Positions 18,720 to 27,437 are shown, counted from the stretch's first letter. The stretch is DNA of 64,000 nt from Minisyncoccota bacterium (GCA_018062305.1 JAGOSK010000001.1:19005-83004); one strand, 5' to 3'. The notes: generated by a model from the sequence alone, not told the origin. Program-made: numbers and translations.

Positions 18720-18721
18720 TG

Positions 18722-18792
18722 TGCGGGGTAAGAGAATCGAACTCTTGCCAACAGTTTGGAAAACTGTAGTTCTACCATTAAACTAACCCCGC
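18722..18792 (-). tRNA. tRNA-Gly (anticodon UCC); no encoded CCA
   Basis: Cloverleaf folded by hand: acceptor GCGGGGT/ACCCCGC, anticodon arm ACAGT-TTTCCAA-ACTGT, T arm AAGAG-TTCGATT-CTCTT. Confidence 0.8.
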
Positions 18793-18813
18793 GTTGTTTC
18801 ATCCGCTATCCGG

Positions 18814-20160
18814 ATGAATATTGAGTACTATACCAAAGCATTCATTCTAAAACAACTTCCTGCTATACTTACCCCAATCAAACTTCAATCAAACATGAAA
18901 GACTACATACAAAAGGGTTCCATCGTATTTTTAGTAATCGCAACTGGACTAGCTTCGTTTTATGTTCCCCTCAAGACAAACTCGATCAATCCTAGTGTAG
19001 CCATCAATTCAGCTATTGAACAATCGCTTGAACTCTCCAGCGAATTTATGACCGCAGCAGTGGGGGGAGCAGTTGCCTCACTCAAAAAGAACCCTTTAAA
19101 CGTTTTTAACCTCAAACCCCTGCAATACTTGCACATTACTGCACCTTTTTTTAAGATTATCCCTACTACCCCACCAACATCATCAGTAAAACCCACAATA
19201 GACAACAGCAGTCCCAGCATCATTTCCCCAGCAAATCCTAAGAGTTCGAGTTCCGATTTAAAAAATTCTCTCGACCAGACAAGTACCCCTTCCCCGACTA
19301 TACTTCCTACAATATTAAAGACTGCGTCTATTCCAGAACAAGCCCTCGTCAATATTTTTTGTTCTCAAAAAATTGTAGTAAATGGAAAAGTAACCAACCA
19401 AAGAAGAATCATCACAGGAAGTGGCATTCTTATAAACCAAGACGGAACAGTATTGACGAATGCACACGTTGGGCAATTCCCTCTTTTATCTGAAAAGAAT
19501 CCCAACATTGTTTGCCTTGCCCGACATGGAAATCCTGCGAGCGGTGCTACTGGTATGAAAGTAGCCTTTATCTCTCCAGAATGGGTAAAAGATTATGGAA
19601 AATATATAAACACTGAAGGGGCGGCTCAAACAGGAAAGTCTGATTTTGCATTGCTCAAATTGAATTTGGATAATCTCACCAAATCACAAAAAGCCCTTCT
19701 TTCCTCTATTACAATTCAAAGAAACCTGCCAAGTCTAGGTGAGACTATCTATTCACTTTCCTATCCCGCAGATATTTTAGGTACAAAGGGTGTAAATTCA
19801 GCTTTATCACAACAAAAAGAAACTTTGAACGTTAATAGACTCTACTCTGTAGATGTGACACCAAACGACGTCATTGAGACGACAGCGAGTACGGCAGGAC
19901 AAAGGGGTTCCTCAGGAGGGGGTATTCTCAATAAGGATGGGCATCTCATCGGGACTATCACAACCATCGTAAACAGCAACATTCCATCTAAGACACTTAT
20001 CCGCGCTATGACCCTTGATCATACCGACTTCGAGCTAACAAGACTTAGCAATGTCAGCCTCGCAAAAGTAGTGACCTACGGAAGTACTGAGGTCACCCAA
20101 GTATTTGACACAAAGTACAGAGAATACCTTACTTCCCTTTTGAATAACTATTTAAAGTAG
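18814..20160 (+). CDS. Membrane-anchored trypsin-like (S1 family) serine protease
   Basis: Catalytic triad contexts TNAHV, DFALLKL and GQRGSSGGG. N-terminal TM helix. The real start is probably the internal MKDYIQKG at about 18895. Confidence 0.7.
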   Translation: MNIEYYTKAFILKQLPAILTPIKLQSNMKDYIQKGSIVFLVIATGLASFYVPLKTNSINPSVAINSAIEQSLELSSEFMTAAVGGAVASLKKNPLNVFNLKPLQYLHITAPFFKIIPTTPPTSSVKPTIDNSSPSIISPANPKSSSSDLKNSLDQTSTPSPTILPTILKTASIPEQALVNIFCSQKIVVNGKVTNQRRIITGSGILINQDGTVLTNAHVGQFPLLSEKNPNIVCLARHGNPASGATGMKVAFISPEWVKDYGKYINTEGAAQTGKSDFALLKLNLDNLTKSQKALLSSITIQRNLPSLGETIYSLSYPADILGTKGVNSALSQQKETLNVNRLYSVDVTPNDVIETTASTAGQRGSSGGGILNKDGHLIGTITTIVNSNIPSKTLIRAMTLDHTDFELTRLSNVSLAKVVTYGSTEVTQVFDTKYREYLTSLLNNYLK

Positions 20161-20557
20161 TTGCTGAATTCTCTTTAATTATAGCGACAAGTGCCTCTAT
20201 ACTGTCTTCAGGGGCTACTTTATTTATCTTCTCGTATCTACAAGCCATGCATCTATGAATCACTCTGTATTCCTTTTCTGTGCCTTCGACTCGAATTGGT
20301 TTCATGAGTCCGCCACAGTTCGCTAGACGGTCACCAGGTTTGACATCTACGTGCTTGCTAAACAAACAATATGGACAATGATTAGTAAATCCACTCCCCT
20401 TTACGGCAGAACCGCATTTTTCACAGACAAAATCTTCTTTCTTTTTAGTAAATCTTTTGCTGAATGGTTTCAGACGCTTATTTTCTGCGCTTATGGCAGC
20501 TTTCTCTTTAGAATACTCTGTTATTGCAGATATACCTGACTTTTTTGTATCTGTCAT
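20129..20557 (-). CDS. RNHCP-domain zinc-ribbon protein
   Basis: CEKCG...FTNHCPYCL...CMAC cysteine pattern matching the RNHCP domain. Its 3' end overlaps the 3' end of the convergent protease gene by 32 nt. Confidence 0.55.
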   Translation of the reverse strand: MTDTKKSGISAITEYSKEKAAISAENKRLKPFSKRFTKKKEDFVCEKCGSAVKGSGFTNHCPYCLFSKHVDVKPGDRLANCGGLMKPIRVEGTEKEYRVIHRCMACRYEKINKVAPEDSIEALVAIIKENSATTLNSYSKGK

Positions 20558-20593
20558 AGCTTAATATACTTATATAATTTGGCTTAATCTTTG

Positions 20594-20666
20594 TCGGAGC
20601 GCCGGGATTCGAACCCGGAGTCACCTGTTCCCAAAACAGGAATGTTAACCGTTACACCACGCTCCG
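20594..20666 (-). tRNA. tRNA-Pro (anticodon UGG); no encoded CCA
   Basis: C1-G72 acceptor CGGAGCG/CGCTCCG, anticodon arm CCTGT-TTTGGGA-ACAGG, T arm CCGGG-TTCGAAT-CCCGG. Confidence 0.85.
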
Positions 20667-20705
20667 AATGAGAAGCAATATAGCATAGAACTTACCCAAC
20701 AACAA

Positions 20706-21233
20706 TCATAAATATGGAAAATATTTCACTTTTATGGCTTTTATATCAGTTTTTGTACTCGCTGAGGGACATTTTTCTACCCCTTCGAGGTAAGGCTCAG
20801 AATTGTTATGCTCATTCCCATGTAGGTAAACCACAACTCCCCCAATCTCAATATCCATTTCAGACACACTAAGATCAGGACGCAGATTCAAACCAAGATC
20901 CAAAATTCCCCTATCGAGTCCAATACCCATTTCTAGCCTATTCATCAATTCCTCACGAAGCCTATATAGTTTCCGTAGCTTAGTGGAAGAGAGGTTGTCC
21001 TCAGGAAGAAAGATATCGGATTCTGCCAAAGAGCTAAAGGACGTTGCAAAATAGGTAGTCTTAACCTCTATAATATGGATCACGCCGTTCTTGTACGTAA
21101 GTATGTCTATCTCCCCTTGCTTGAGTCGTAGGTTCTTGGCTAATACCCTGTGACCTTTTAAAGTCAGAAAATGGGCAGCGACTCTCTCTCCATACGTACC
21201 TATGTCCTTTTTGTTTTTGAATATGTATTCCAT
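20706..21233 (-). CDS. YraN/UPF0102-family predicted endonuclease with a C-terminal extension
   Basis: N-terminal GERVAAHFLTLKGHRVLAKNLR...GEIDILTY...IHIIEVKT, a PD-(D/E)xK-like YraN signature. Confidence 0.65.
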   Translation of the reverse strand: MEYIFKNKKDIGTYGERVAAHFLTLKGHRVLAKNLRLKQGEIDILTYKNGVIHIIEVKTTYFATSFSSLAESDIFLPEDNLSSTKLRKLYRLREELMNRLEMGIGLDRGILDLGLNLRPDLSVSEMDIEIGGVVVYLHGNEHNNSEPYLEGVEKCPSASTKTDIKAIKVKYFPYL

Positions 21234-21556
21234 TTGAATGTTTCAAGTGTAACAATTACTGTTAAAATCCCGCTCAAAAAGATATGAAGACCTCTCCAAA
21301 AGGGCTTTCTGTTACATGTGTAACCTAAATTAGATATTTTAGGGGAGTTTTTTGATATTTATAGCTGTAAAGTTGAAATATCAATATGTGGCACGTGAAA
21401 CATATACTGAACATTATAAAGACATAAAAGCCATGGCTTTGTGTAGCTAAAATGCTATTACAACCTTATAATAAGCCATATTCTGTCGTGAATAGCCTAA
21501 AATATGATTATTTTATAAGACAGCAATAAATGTCTTTTATACACATATCCACCTAG

Positions 21557-21565
21557 TTATCCACA
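21557..21565 (+). promoter_or_regulatory. Perfect DnaA box TTATCCACA (an 8/9 box TATCCACC sits 7 bp upstream)
   Basis: Read directly. It lies in the AT-rich region upstream of element copy B. Confidence 0.4.
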
Positions 21566-21605
21566 GTTTTGTCGATATCTGTACACAGTGGGTGGGGTAG
21601 TAAGG

Positions 21606-21760
21606 GGAGAGAATCGGTCACGCGTTAAAATTGCTCCACAATTTTCCGCGCGACCCCGCCTCCCTCGTTGCACTTCGCCGATTGGGACACCGCAATAAAA
21701 TACAAAAGTACCGGCTCACTGCGCAACTTCAGTCCGGCTTTCGATTCCTACTTGTCCCAC
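21606..21760 (+). repeat. Copy B of the conserved structured ~155-nt element (candidate ncRNA) adjacent to tRNA-Gly
   Basis: Block 1 and block 2 are near-identical to copy A, with different intervening segments. It is followed by a perfect hairpin terminator. Confidence 0.6.
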
Positions 21761-21769
21761 TGTAAATAC

Positions 21770-21806
21770 AAAAGAGCGCATGTAATATGCGCTCTTTTGT
21801 ATTTAT
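21770..21806. terminator. Bidirectional intrinsic terminator (AAAAGAGCGCAT-gtaata-ATGCGCTCTTTT)
   Basis: Perfect 12-bp stem flanked by A and T runs. Confidence 0.7.
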
Positions 21807-21807
21807 G

Positions 21808-21878
21808 TGCGGGGTAAGAGAATCGAACTCTTGTCCCGTCCTTGGCAAGGACGTATTCTACCACTAAACCAACCCCGC
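21808..21878 (-). tRNA. tRNA-Gly (anticodon GCC); no encoded CCA
   Basis: Same body as the UCC isoacceptor. Anticodon arm CGTCC-TTGCCAA-GGACG. Confidence 0.9.
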
Positions 21879-21901
21879 ATTTATATTATCCACTAACCGT
21901 G

Positions 21902-21973
21902 TGCACCCACCAGGATTCGAACCTAGAATAACGGTTCCGAAGACCGTTGTGATATCCATTTCACCATAGGTGC
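21902..21973 (-). tRNA. tRNA-Arg (anticodon UCG, tentative); no encoded CCA
   Basis: Acceptor GCACCTA/TGGGTGC, anticodon arm ACGGT-CTTCGGA-ACCGT, T arm CTAGG-TTCGAAT-CCTGG. Confidence 0.7.
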
Positions 21974-22066
21974 ATATGTATTTTCAAAATACATGACAAT
22001 ACTACATGAAAATAGCAAAAAATCAAAGGTTGTATTACTATTTAAAGCACCATAAGGGCATTTTAA

Positions 22067-23617
22067 ATGAAACAGACTTCAAACAACTCAAATACGGCTA
22101 TGGATATGAAGATTTCAGATATTAATGCTGACGCTCTTACTGTTGTGCAAAAACTCCAAGAAGCAGGATATCAAGCATATCTTGTAGGGGGTTGTGTGCG
22201 AGACCTAATCATGCGAAGGACACCGAAAGATTGGGATGTCACGACTGATGCAACTCCAGATCAGATTATAGCTACATTTGAAAAGACTTTTTATGAAAAT
22301 ACGTTCGGGACGGTTGGTGTGGTTATATTAAACTCTACTGCACCAGATAGTCTAATCGACAATGGTAAAGACAGTAGGGAATCGGTCTCTAATCAGGTCA
22401 TTGAGGTTACTCCATTTAGAATTGAGTCAGAATATAAAGATGGCAGACATCCAGAGAAGGTGTCCTTTAGTACAAAACTTGAAGATGACCTTAAAAGACG
22501 GGACTTTACTATCAACGCACTTGCGTACGATCCTATAAAAGACAATTTGGTAGATCTTTTTGGTGGTATAAAAGACATTCAAGACAAAGTTATACGAGCA
22601 GTAGGGGATCCAACAGAGAGATTCAATGAAGACGGTTTGCGAGTGCTTCGAGCAGTCCGCTTCAGTGCTGAATTAGGTTTCACGATTAACAAAGAGACTC
22701 AAACAGCCCTACATGATTCATGTGAAACACTTGGAAAGATAGCCAAGGAGCGTATTCGGGATGAATTTGTAAAAATAATAATGTCAGACAGCCCAATGGT
22801 TAGTATTTTTATGTGTCAAAAGCTAGGTATACTCAAATATATAGTGCCCGAGCTCGAAGAAGGGGTGAGTACTGAGCAAAACCAGGCTCATTCATATACT
22901 GTCTTTGAACATCTCCTTCGAAGCCTACAATGTGCTGCTGATAAGAAATACCCGTTTGAAATACGAATCTCGGCATTGTTACACGATATTGGTAAGCCAG
23001 CTTCAAGACGATTTTCTACAGAGAAAAAGGACTATACCTTCTATGGTCACGAGGTGATGGGAGCAAATATGGCTAAGAAGATACTCGAACGTCTGAATTT
23101 TCCAAGAAAAACTATAGATCTAGTATACAAATTTGTCAGATGGCATATGTTTTTCTCAGATACTGAGCAAATAAGCCTCTCTGCTGTAAGAAGAATGATA
23201 GCTAATGTCGGAAGGGAAAACATCTGGGACCTTATGAATCTCCGGATTTGTGACCGTGTTGGTACAGGCAGACCAAAGGAAAACCCTTATCGACTTCGTA
23301 AGTACACGGCCATGATAGATCAGGTATTGATGGATCCAATATCAGTTTCAATGCTTAAAATTGATGGTAAACAACTTATGGAAGTGTTACACGTGGAACC
23401 TGGACCTAAAATAGGGCTTATTTTGAATGCTATTTTAGAGGAAGTGATCGAGGATCCAACCAAAAACAATACCGAAACACTAAGCATAATGGCTAAAGAG
23501 CTTTATTCTTTGGATATAGTTGAACTTAAAAACAGGGCTGACCAAGGAAAGAAACTTAGAGATAGCAAGGAAAAAGAGGTCTTGGATAGTATATTAAAGA
23601 AACATCACGTTTCATAA
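22067..23617 (+). CDS. cca: CCA-adding tRNA nucleotidyltransferase with an HD domain
   Basis: LVGGCVRDLIM...DWDV...RDFTINALAY polymerase-beta-like head, plus LLHDIGKP in the HD domain. Confidence 0.85.
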   Translation: MKQTSNNSNTAMDMKISDINADALTVVQKLQEAGYQAYLVGGCVRDLIMRRTPKDWDVTTDATPDQIIATFEKTFYENTFGTVGVVILNSTAPDSLIDNGKDSRESVSNQVIEVTPFRIESEYKDGRHPEKVSFSTKLEDDLKRRDFTINALAYDPIKDNLVDLFGGIKDIQDKVIRAVGDPTERFNEDGLRVLRAVRFSAELGFTINKETQTALHDSCETLGKIAKERIRDEFVKIIMSDSPMVSIFMCQKLGILKYIVPELEEGVSTEQNQAHSYTVFEHLLRSLQCAADKKYPFEIRISALLHDIGKPASRRFSTEKKDYTFYGHEVMGANMAKKILERLNFPRKTIDLVYKFVRWHMFFSDTEQISLSAVRRMIANVGRENIWDLMNLRICDRVGTGRPKENPYRLRKYTAMIDQVLMDPISVSMLKIDGKQLMEVLHVEPGPKIGLILNAILEEVIEDPTKNNTETLSIMAKELYSLDIVELKNRADQGKKLRDSKEKEVLDSILKKHHVS

Positions 23618-24290
23618 GAAACATAGACAGGTTGTTATAAATTTGGAGTAAAAGTACTTTTGAGTATCGATTGATGTTATTCATGAAACAGTTCCACGTG
23701 AAACAAAAAATTTTGTAACAAAAAAGACCGGCTAGATGACGACGGAACTAACAAATAGAGGAACAAGAAACCAAAGAACAATTAACATACTTAACAATTT
23801 AAAAAATTTAGCGTCAGCTAAGCCGATCTTTATGACCGGAAACCTTTTTGACAACTTATAGCTATGATTAAGGGAATAGTGGGAAGTCGAAATTCAGGCG
23901 AATTTCAAAAAAATATAAGTAGATTGGGAAATTTCCCTTCATTCTACTTCTTACTAAACCTTATCAACCTATACTGTGTCGATGTAACGAACTGGTGCCA
24001 TATCCTGCAATGCCCTGACCTGTCCTTTATTATATGTCCTTTACAATAAATGTAAATACTCTGATGTCTTTTTTATTTTGATATCATCATTTATAAAAGA
24101 CATTATCCTCGTTTTGTTTTTATGTTGAATATAAAGGACATAATGCATAAAACTCGATTGTCTTTTACAAAAAATAAATTCATAAGATTTTGAGTTATCC
24201 ACAGGCTAAAAGATTTTATTCAAAAATTGCGAAAATTGAGAGTCCATCAACATACATATGCATGCACACGCATGACCTTTATACTTATTT
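23618..24290. promoter_or_regulatory. Unusually long (673 bp) AT-rich convergent intergenic region with iterated TGTCYTTTA 9-mers and a perfect DnaA box at 24195..24203
   Basis: Read directly: at least six copies of TGTCCTTTA/TGTCTTTTA or their reverse complement, plus TTATCCACA. Confidence 0.3.
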
Positions 24291-25124
24291 TTAGATATTT
24301 ATCTCGAGCGAAATAGGGCAATGGTCTGAACCATATATCTCATGGTGTATTTGAGCATTCAAAATATTTGTCTCTTGAGTTTGATCAACAAGAAAATAAT
24401 CGATTCTCCACCCAATGTTCCTATCTCGAGCTCTACTTTTTACATCCCACCAACTATATACATCTCGGGCGTCAGGATTTTTGAATCTAAATGTATCTAT
24501 AAACCCCTCTTCGATTACACCAGTAAGCCAAGCTCTCTCTACAGGTAAAAAACCTACGTGGTTGGCATTTTCTTTAGGACGTGCGATATCAATTTCTGTA
24601 TGAGCTACATTCAAATCACCACAAAATATGACTTTTTTACCCTCGTCTTTGAGTTTTGTTACATATTTTTGAAACGCTTTATAGAACCTGAGCTTATATT
24701 CAAGGCGACTAACATCTCCTCCTCCGTTAGGAAAGTAGCAGTTTATAAGAACAAAATCCTTGAAATATAGGGCTATAAATCTACCTTCTTGGTCAATCTG
24801 TTTCGTTGTAGCCTGTTTCGTAGCAACTTGTGCTGCATCACCCTCTGCAGTTTCTGCCATTTCCACCCATAAATCAGTATCTACACGTAATGGCTGTTCT
24901 TTTGTATATACAGCAACGCCACTATATCCTTTTTTGAGTTTTGAATGGTCAAAATAACTTGTGTAACCCTCAATATTGAGCAACGCCGAATCCAATTGCT
25001 CTCTGTGGGCTTTTGTCTCTTGAAAGCAAAATATATCTGGATTTTGTGATAAAACCCAGTCGAGGCAACCCTTTTTACTCCAAGCTCTGATACCGTTTAC
25101 GTTCCAACAGATGATTTTCTTCAT
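24291..25124 (-). CDS. xth: Exodeoxyribonuclease III
   Basis: MKKIICWNVNGIRA...FCFQETK...GDLNVAH...SDHCPI, the EEP-family motifs. Confidence 0.9.
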   Translation of the reverse strand: MKKIICWNVNGIRAWSKKGCLDWVLSQNPDIFCFQETKAHREQLDSALLNIEGYTSYFDHSKLKKGYSGVAVYTKEQPLRVDTDLWVEMAETAEGDAAQVATKQATTKQIDQEGRFIALYFKDFVLINCYFPNGGGDVSRLEYKLRFYKAFQKYVTKLKDEGKKVIFCGDLNVAHTEIDIARPKENANHVGFLPVERAWLTGVIEEGFIDTFRFKNPDARDVYSWWDVKSRARDRNIGWRIDYFLVDQTQETNILNAQIHHEIYGSDHCPISLEINI

Positions 25125-25180
25125 AATTTGATTTATATTTTATACTAAATTGTATACCCTTATTTCCAGCGCACTATCTA

Positions 25181-26242
25181 TTACTTATTTCCACCACTCT
25201 GTCTACTATGAAAAGCCTTGTGGATCTCCTTGAGGTGCTTATCGGTGACATGTGTATAGATTTGGGTGGTAGAGATGTTGGCATGACCGAGAAGTGCCTG
25301 TACAGATCGGAGGTCAGCACCGTTTTGTAGTAGGTCTGTAGCAAAACTGTGTCGGATAACGTGCGGAGTTACTTTTTTAGAAATTCCCGCCTTAATTGCA
25401 TAGTATTTTACCAACCGCTCTATAGTCCTAGGGGTCAAATCAAACAATCTAGAGCTCGTCAAACTCTTATTTTTAGCCAGATATTCTTTTATACTTTCTT
25501 TAGCCATGTCAGTTAAAAACACAACACGCACTTTTTCACCTTTTCCTCTCACTGAAAACTCATTTTTCGACATATCGAGGTCGCGAGGTAGGGAACACAA
25601 CTCAGAAACACGAAGACCTGTTGAGTAGAAAAGCTCTAAAATGGCCTTATCTCTAAGTTTCTTTTGCTCATCCTTCTCTTGGCTTGGACCGCTAAGGAAA
25701 CGCTCGAGCTCTTCAGAACTGATCAAATCAAGTGATCTCTCAGGGACTTTGGCAAGCTCTATATTGTCTGCGGGAAGTGATTTTATAGAACGTCTAGTCA
25801 GGTATTTGAGAAAAGACCGTAAGGCAATCAGATAGTAATTTTGCGTTCTTTTCTTGAGAGTTTCACCATTTATGCTTGTTTTCGACTTTCGACTATGGCT
25901 TATTTCCGAGGTATTTGAAGTTATTCCTAGAGGTTTTCTATTTAGCCAAAGGCGATATTCTCGAAGTAGATCAGGGTTTAATTCTTCAGGATAGACCTCC
26001 GGAACACCCTTATTTTTTGATACAAAGTCTAGAAAAGTGCTCAAATACCTGTCGTAGTTTTCAACAGTCTTAAGCGAACGGCCCTTCTCGATTTCGATAT
26101 ATTCGAGAAAGTGACGCTTGAGCACAAGGAGAGTAAGATTTAAAGTAGAAGAAGGTGCTGAGGTTGATGCCGATGGTGTTGAAGTAGGAAGTTTGTTTTG
26201 CGACATATCGATATAAGTATACCAGACCTCTTGAACAAGCAA
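25181..26242 (-). CDS. Tyrosine recombinase, XerC/XerD family
   Basis: C-terminal HVIRHSFATDLL...LLGHANISTTQIYTHV catalytic region (R-H-R-Y). The N-terminal ~40 aa are low complexity and the start may be internal. Confidence 0.8.
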   Translation of the reverse strand: MLVQEVWYTYIDMSQNKLPTSTPSASTSAPSSTLNLTLLVLKRHFLEYIEIEKGRSLKTVENYDRYLSTFLDFVSKNKGVPEVYPEELNPDLLREYRLWLNRKPLGITSNTSEISHSRKSKTSINGETLKKRTQNYYLIALRSFLKYLTRRSIKSLPADNIELAKVPERSLDLISSEELERFLSGPSQEKDEQKKLRDKAILELFYSTGLRVSELCSLPRDLDMSKNEFSVRGKGEKVRVVFLTDMAKESIKEYLAKNKSLTSSRLFDLTPRTIERLVKYYAIKAGISKKVTPHVIRHSFATDLLQNGADLRSVQALLGHANISTTQIYTHVTDKHLKEIHKAFHSRQSGGNK

Positions 26243-26298
26243 ATAGGCAGTATTTAGGGGTTGTTTTGTTTGGACTTGTGTGCTAGTATCTTGCCATC

Positions 26299-26577
26299 AT
26301 GCTTACAAAGTCAAAGAAGCAAAAAGTTATCAAAGACACAGCAATTCACAAGGAGGACACAGGTTCTGCTGCTGTTCAGATAGGTTTGCTTAGTAAAAAA
26401 ATCGAGGAACTTGCAAAACACCTCAAAAAACACGCCAAAGACAATCACTCTCGACGTGGATTACTACAGATGGTTGCCGACAGACAAAAACATATGAAGT
26501 ATCTTTCAAAGAAGGATCCAAAAACATATGATTCTGTTATGAAGAAGCTCGACCTCAAAAAGAAGCTATCCAATTAA
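26299..26577 (+). CDS. rpsO: 30S ribosomal protein S15
   Basis: HLKKHAKDNHSRRGLLQMV motif. Confidence 0.9.
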   Translation: MLTKSKKQKVIKDTAIHKEDTGSAAVQIGLLSKKIEELAKHLKKHAKDNHSRRGLLQMVADRQKHMKYLSKKDPKTYDSVMKKLDLKKKLSN

Positions 26578-26611
26578 AGAGACCAAAGTATCCAGCATTG
26601 GGTATTAAAAG

Positions 26612-26644
26612 AAAATCCGCCATCGAAGCGGATTTTCTTTTAAT
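26612..26644 (+). terminator. Intrinsic terminator after rpsO
   Basis: GAAAATCCGC-catcgaa-GCGGATTTTC followed by TTTTAAT. Confidence 0.7.
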
Positions 26645-26763
26645 CTGATATAATATATTGGACGAATATCGTGGCAACTTACATGAATACTCGAGCTACT
26701 TGAGTGTTCACCTCCACGATATGGTCACAATTTTCATAATTTAGTTATTTAACTTTTATATAT

Positions 26764-27429
26764 ATGACAGTAATAAAACATAGTGAACAGCGAGTTGGAG
26801 TTTTTATAGATACACAGAACCTCTACCACAGCGCAAAAAACCTTTACAATGGTGCGCGAGTGAATTTTGGAGCTATTATGAAAGAGGCAATTGGTAATCG
26901 AGCCCTTATTCGAGCAATTGCATACGTGATTAGCACTGAGAGTGGGGAAGAAAAAAACTTTTTTGATGCATTAGAAAAATTGGGAATAGAGGCCAAAACA
27001 AAAAACATACAAATTTTTAGTAGTGGCGCAAAGAAAGCGGACTGGGATGTAGGGCTTGCAGTAGATGCAATCAAAATGGCACCAAAGCTTGATACTATCA
27101 TCATAGTATCTGGAGACGGTGACTTTGCTCCACTTGTCGAATATCTACAAGTGAACGAAGGTTGTCAGGTTGAAGTTATTGCTTTCGGAAAATCTTCATC
27201 AAGCATGTTGCGGGAAATGGCAGATGACTTTATCGACATGTGTCTGAATCCAAAAAAATATGTAATCCAAGGGAACGCTCCGATGAATTTTGGATCACGA
27301 CAAATAGGAAACAGAATTCCTCAAGGTAGAATTGCCCGAAAAAGGGGACCATTGCACAAAGAGTTACCTCCATTGAATTCAGATCATACTCATGCCTTTG
27401 ATGATGTTGCACCTGAAGATTTGGAATAA
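26764..27429 (+). CDS. NYN-domain (LabA-like, PIN-related) protein
   Basis: VGVFIDTQNLY...DWDVGLAVDAI...IIVSGDGDFAPLV. Confidence 0.75.
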   Translation: MTVIKHSEQRVGVFIDTQNLYHSAKNLYNGARVNFGAIMKEAIGNRALIRAIAYVISTESGEEKNFFDALEKLGIEAKTKNIQIFSSGAKKADWDVGLAVDAIKMAPKLDTIIIVSGDGDFAPLVEYLQVNEGCQVEVIAFGKSSSSMLREMADDFIDMCLNPKKYVIQGNAPMNFGSRQIGNRIPQGRIARKRGPLHKELPPLNSDHTHAFDDVAPEDLE

Positions 27430-27437
27430 TATTTATT

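Noticed and set aside
18524-18720. T-box riboswitch hypothesis for the tRNA-Gly-associated elements (terminator-ended leader; GGTCACGCG vaguely resembling the T-box GGTACCGCG)
   Set aside because: No GGGUGG antiterminator core. No stem I specifier loop with a GGC/GGA codon. The next same-strand gene is separated from the element by opposite-strand tRNA genes.
18722-18792. Initial reading of this tRNA as tRNA-Trp (CCA anticodon)
   Set aside because: A careful fold gives a 5-bp anticodon stem ACAGT/ACTGT with the 7-nt loop TTTCCAA. That puts UCC at positions 34-36, so it is tRNA-Gly(UCC). The CCA reading would need a 5-nt loop.
23864-24049. 61-aa plus-strand ORF inside the long cca-xth spacer
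   Set aside because: No RBS. It has a Cys/Leu/Phe-rich AT-driven composition and overlaps the 9-mer iterons. It is more likely a non-coding regulatory region.
25181-26242. Tyrosine recombinase read as a phage or ICE integrase marking a mobile element near the tRNA cluster
   Set aside because: No phage, conjugation or replication genes flank it and the local GC is native. It fits a chromosomal XerC/XerD-type recombinase better.
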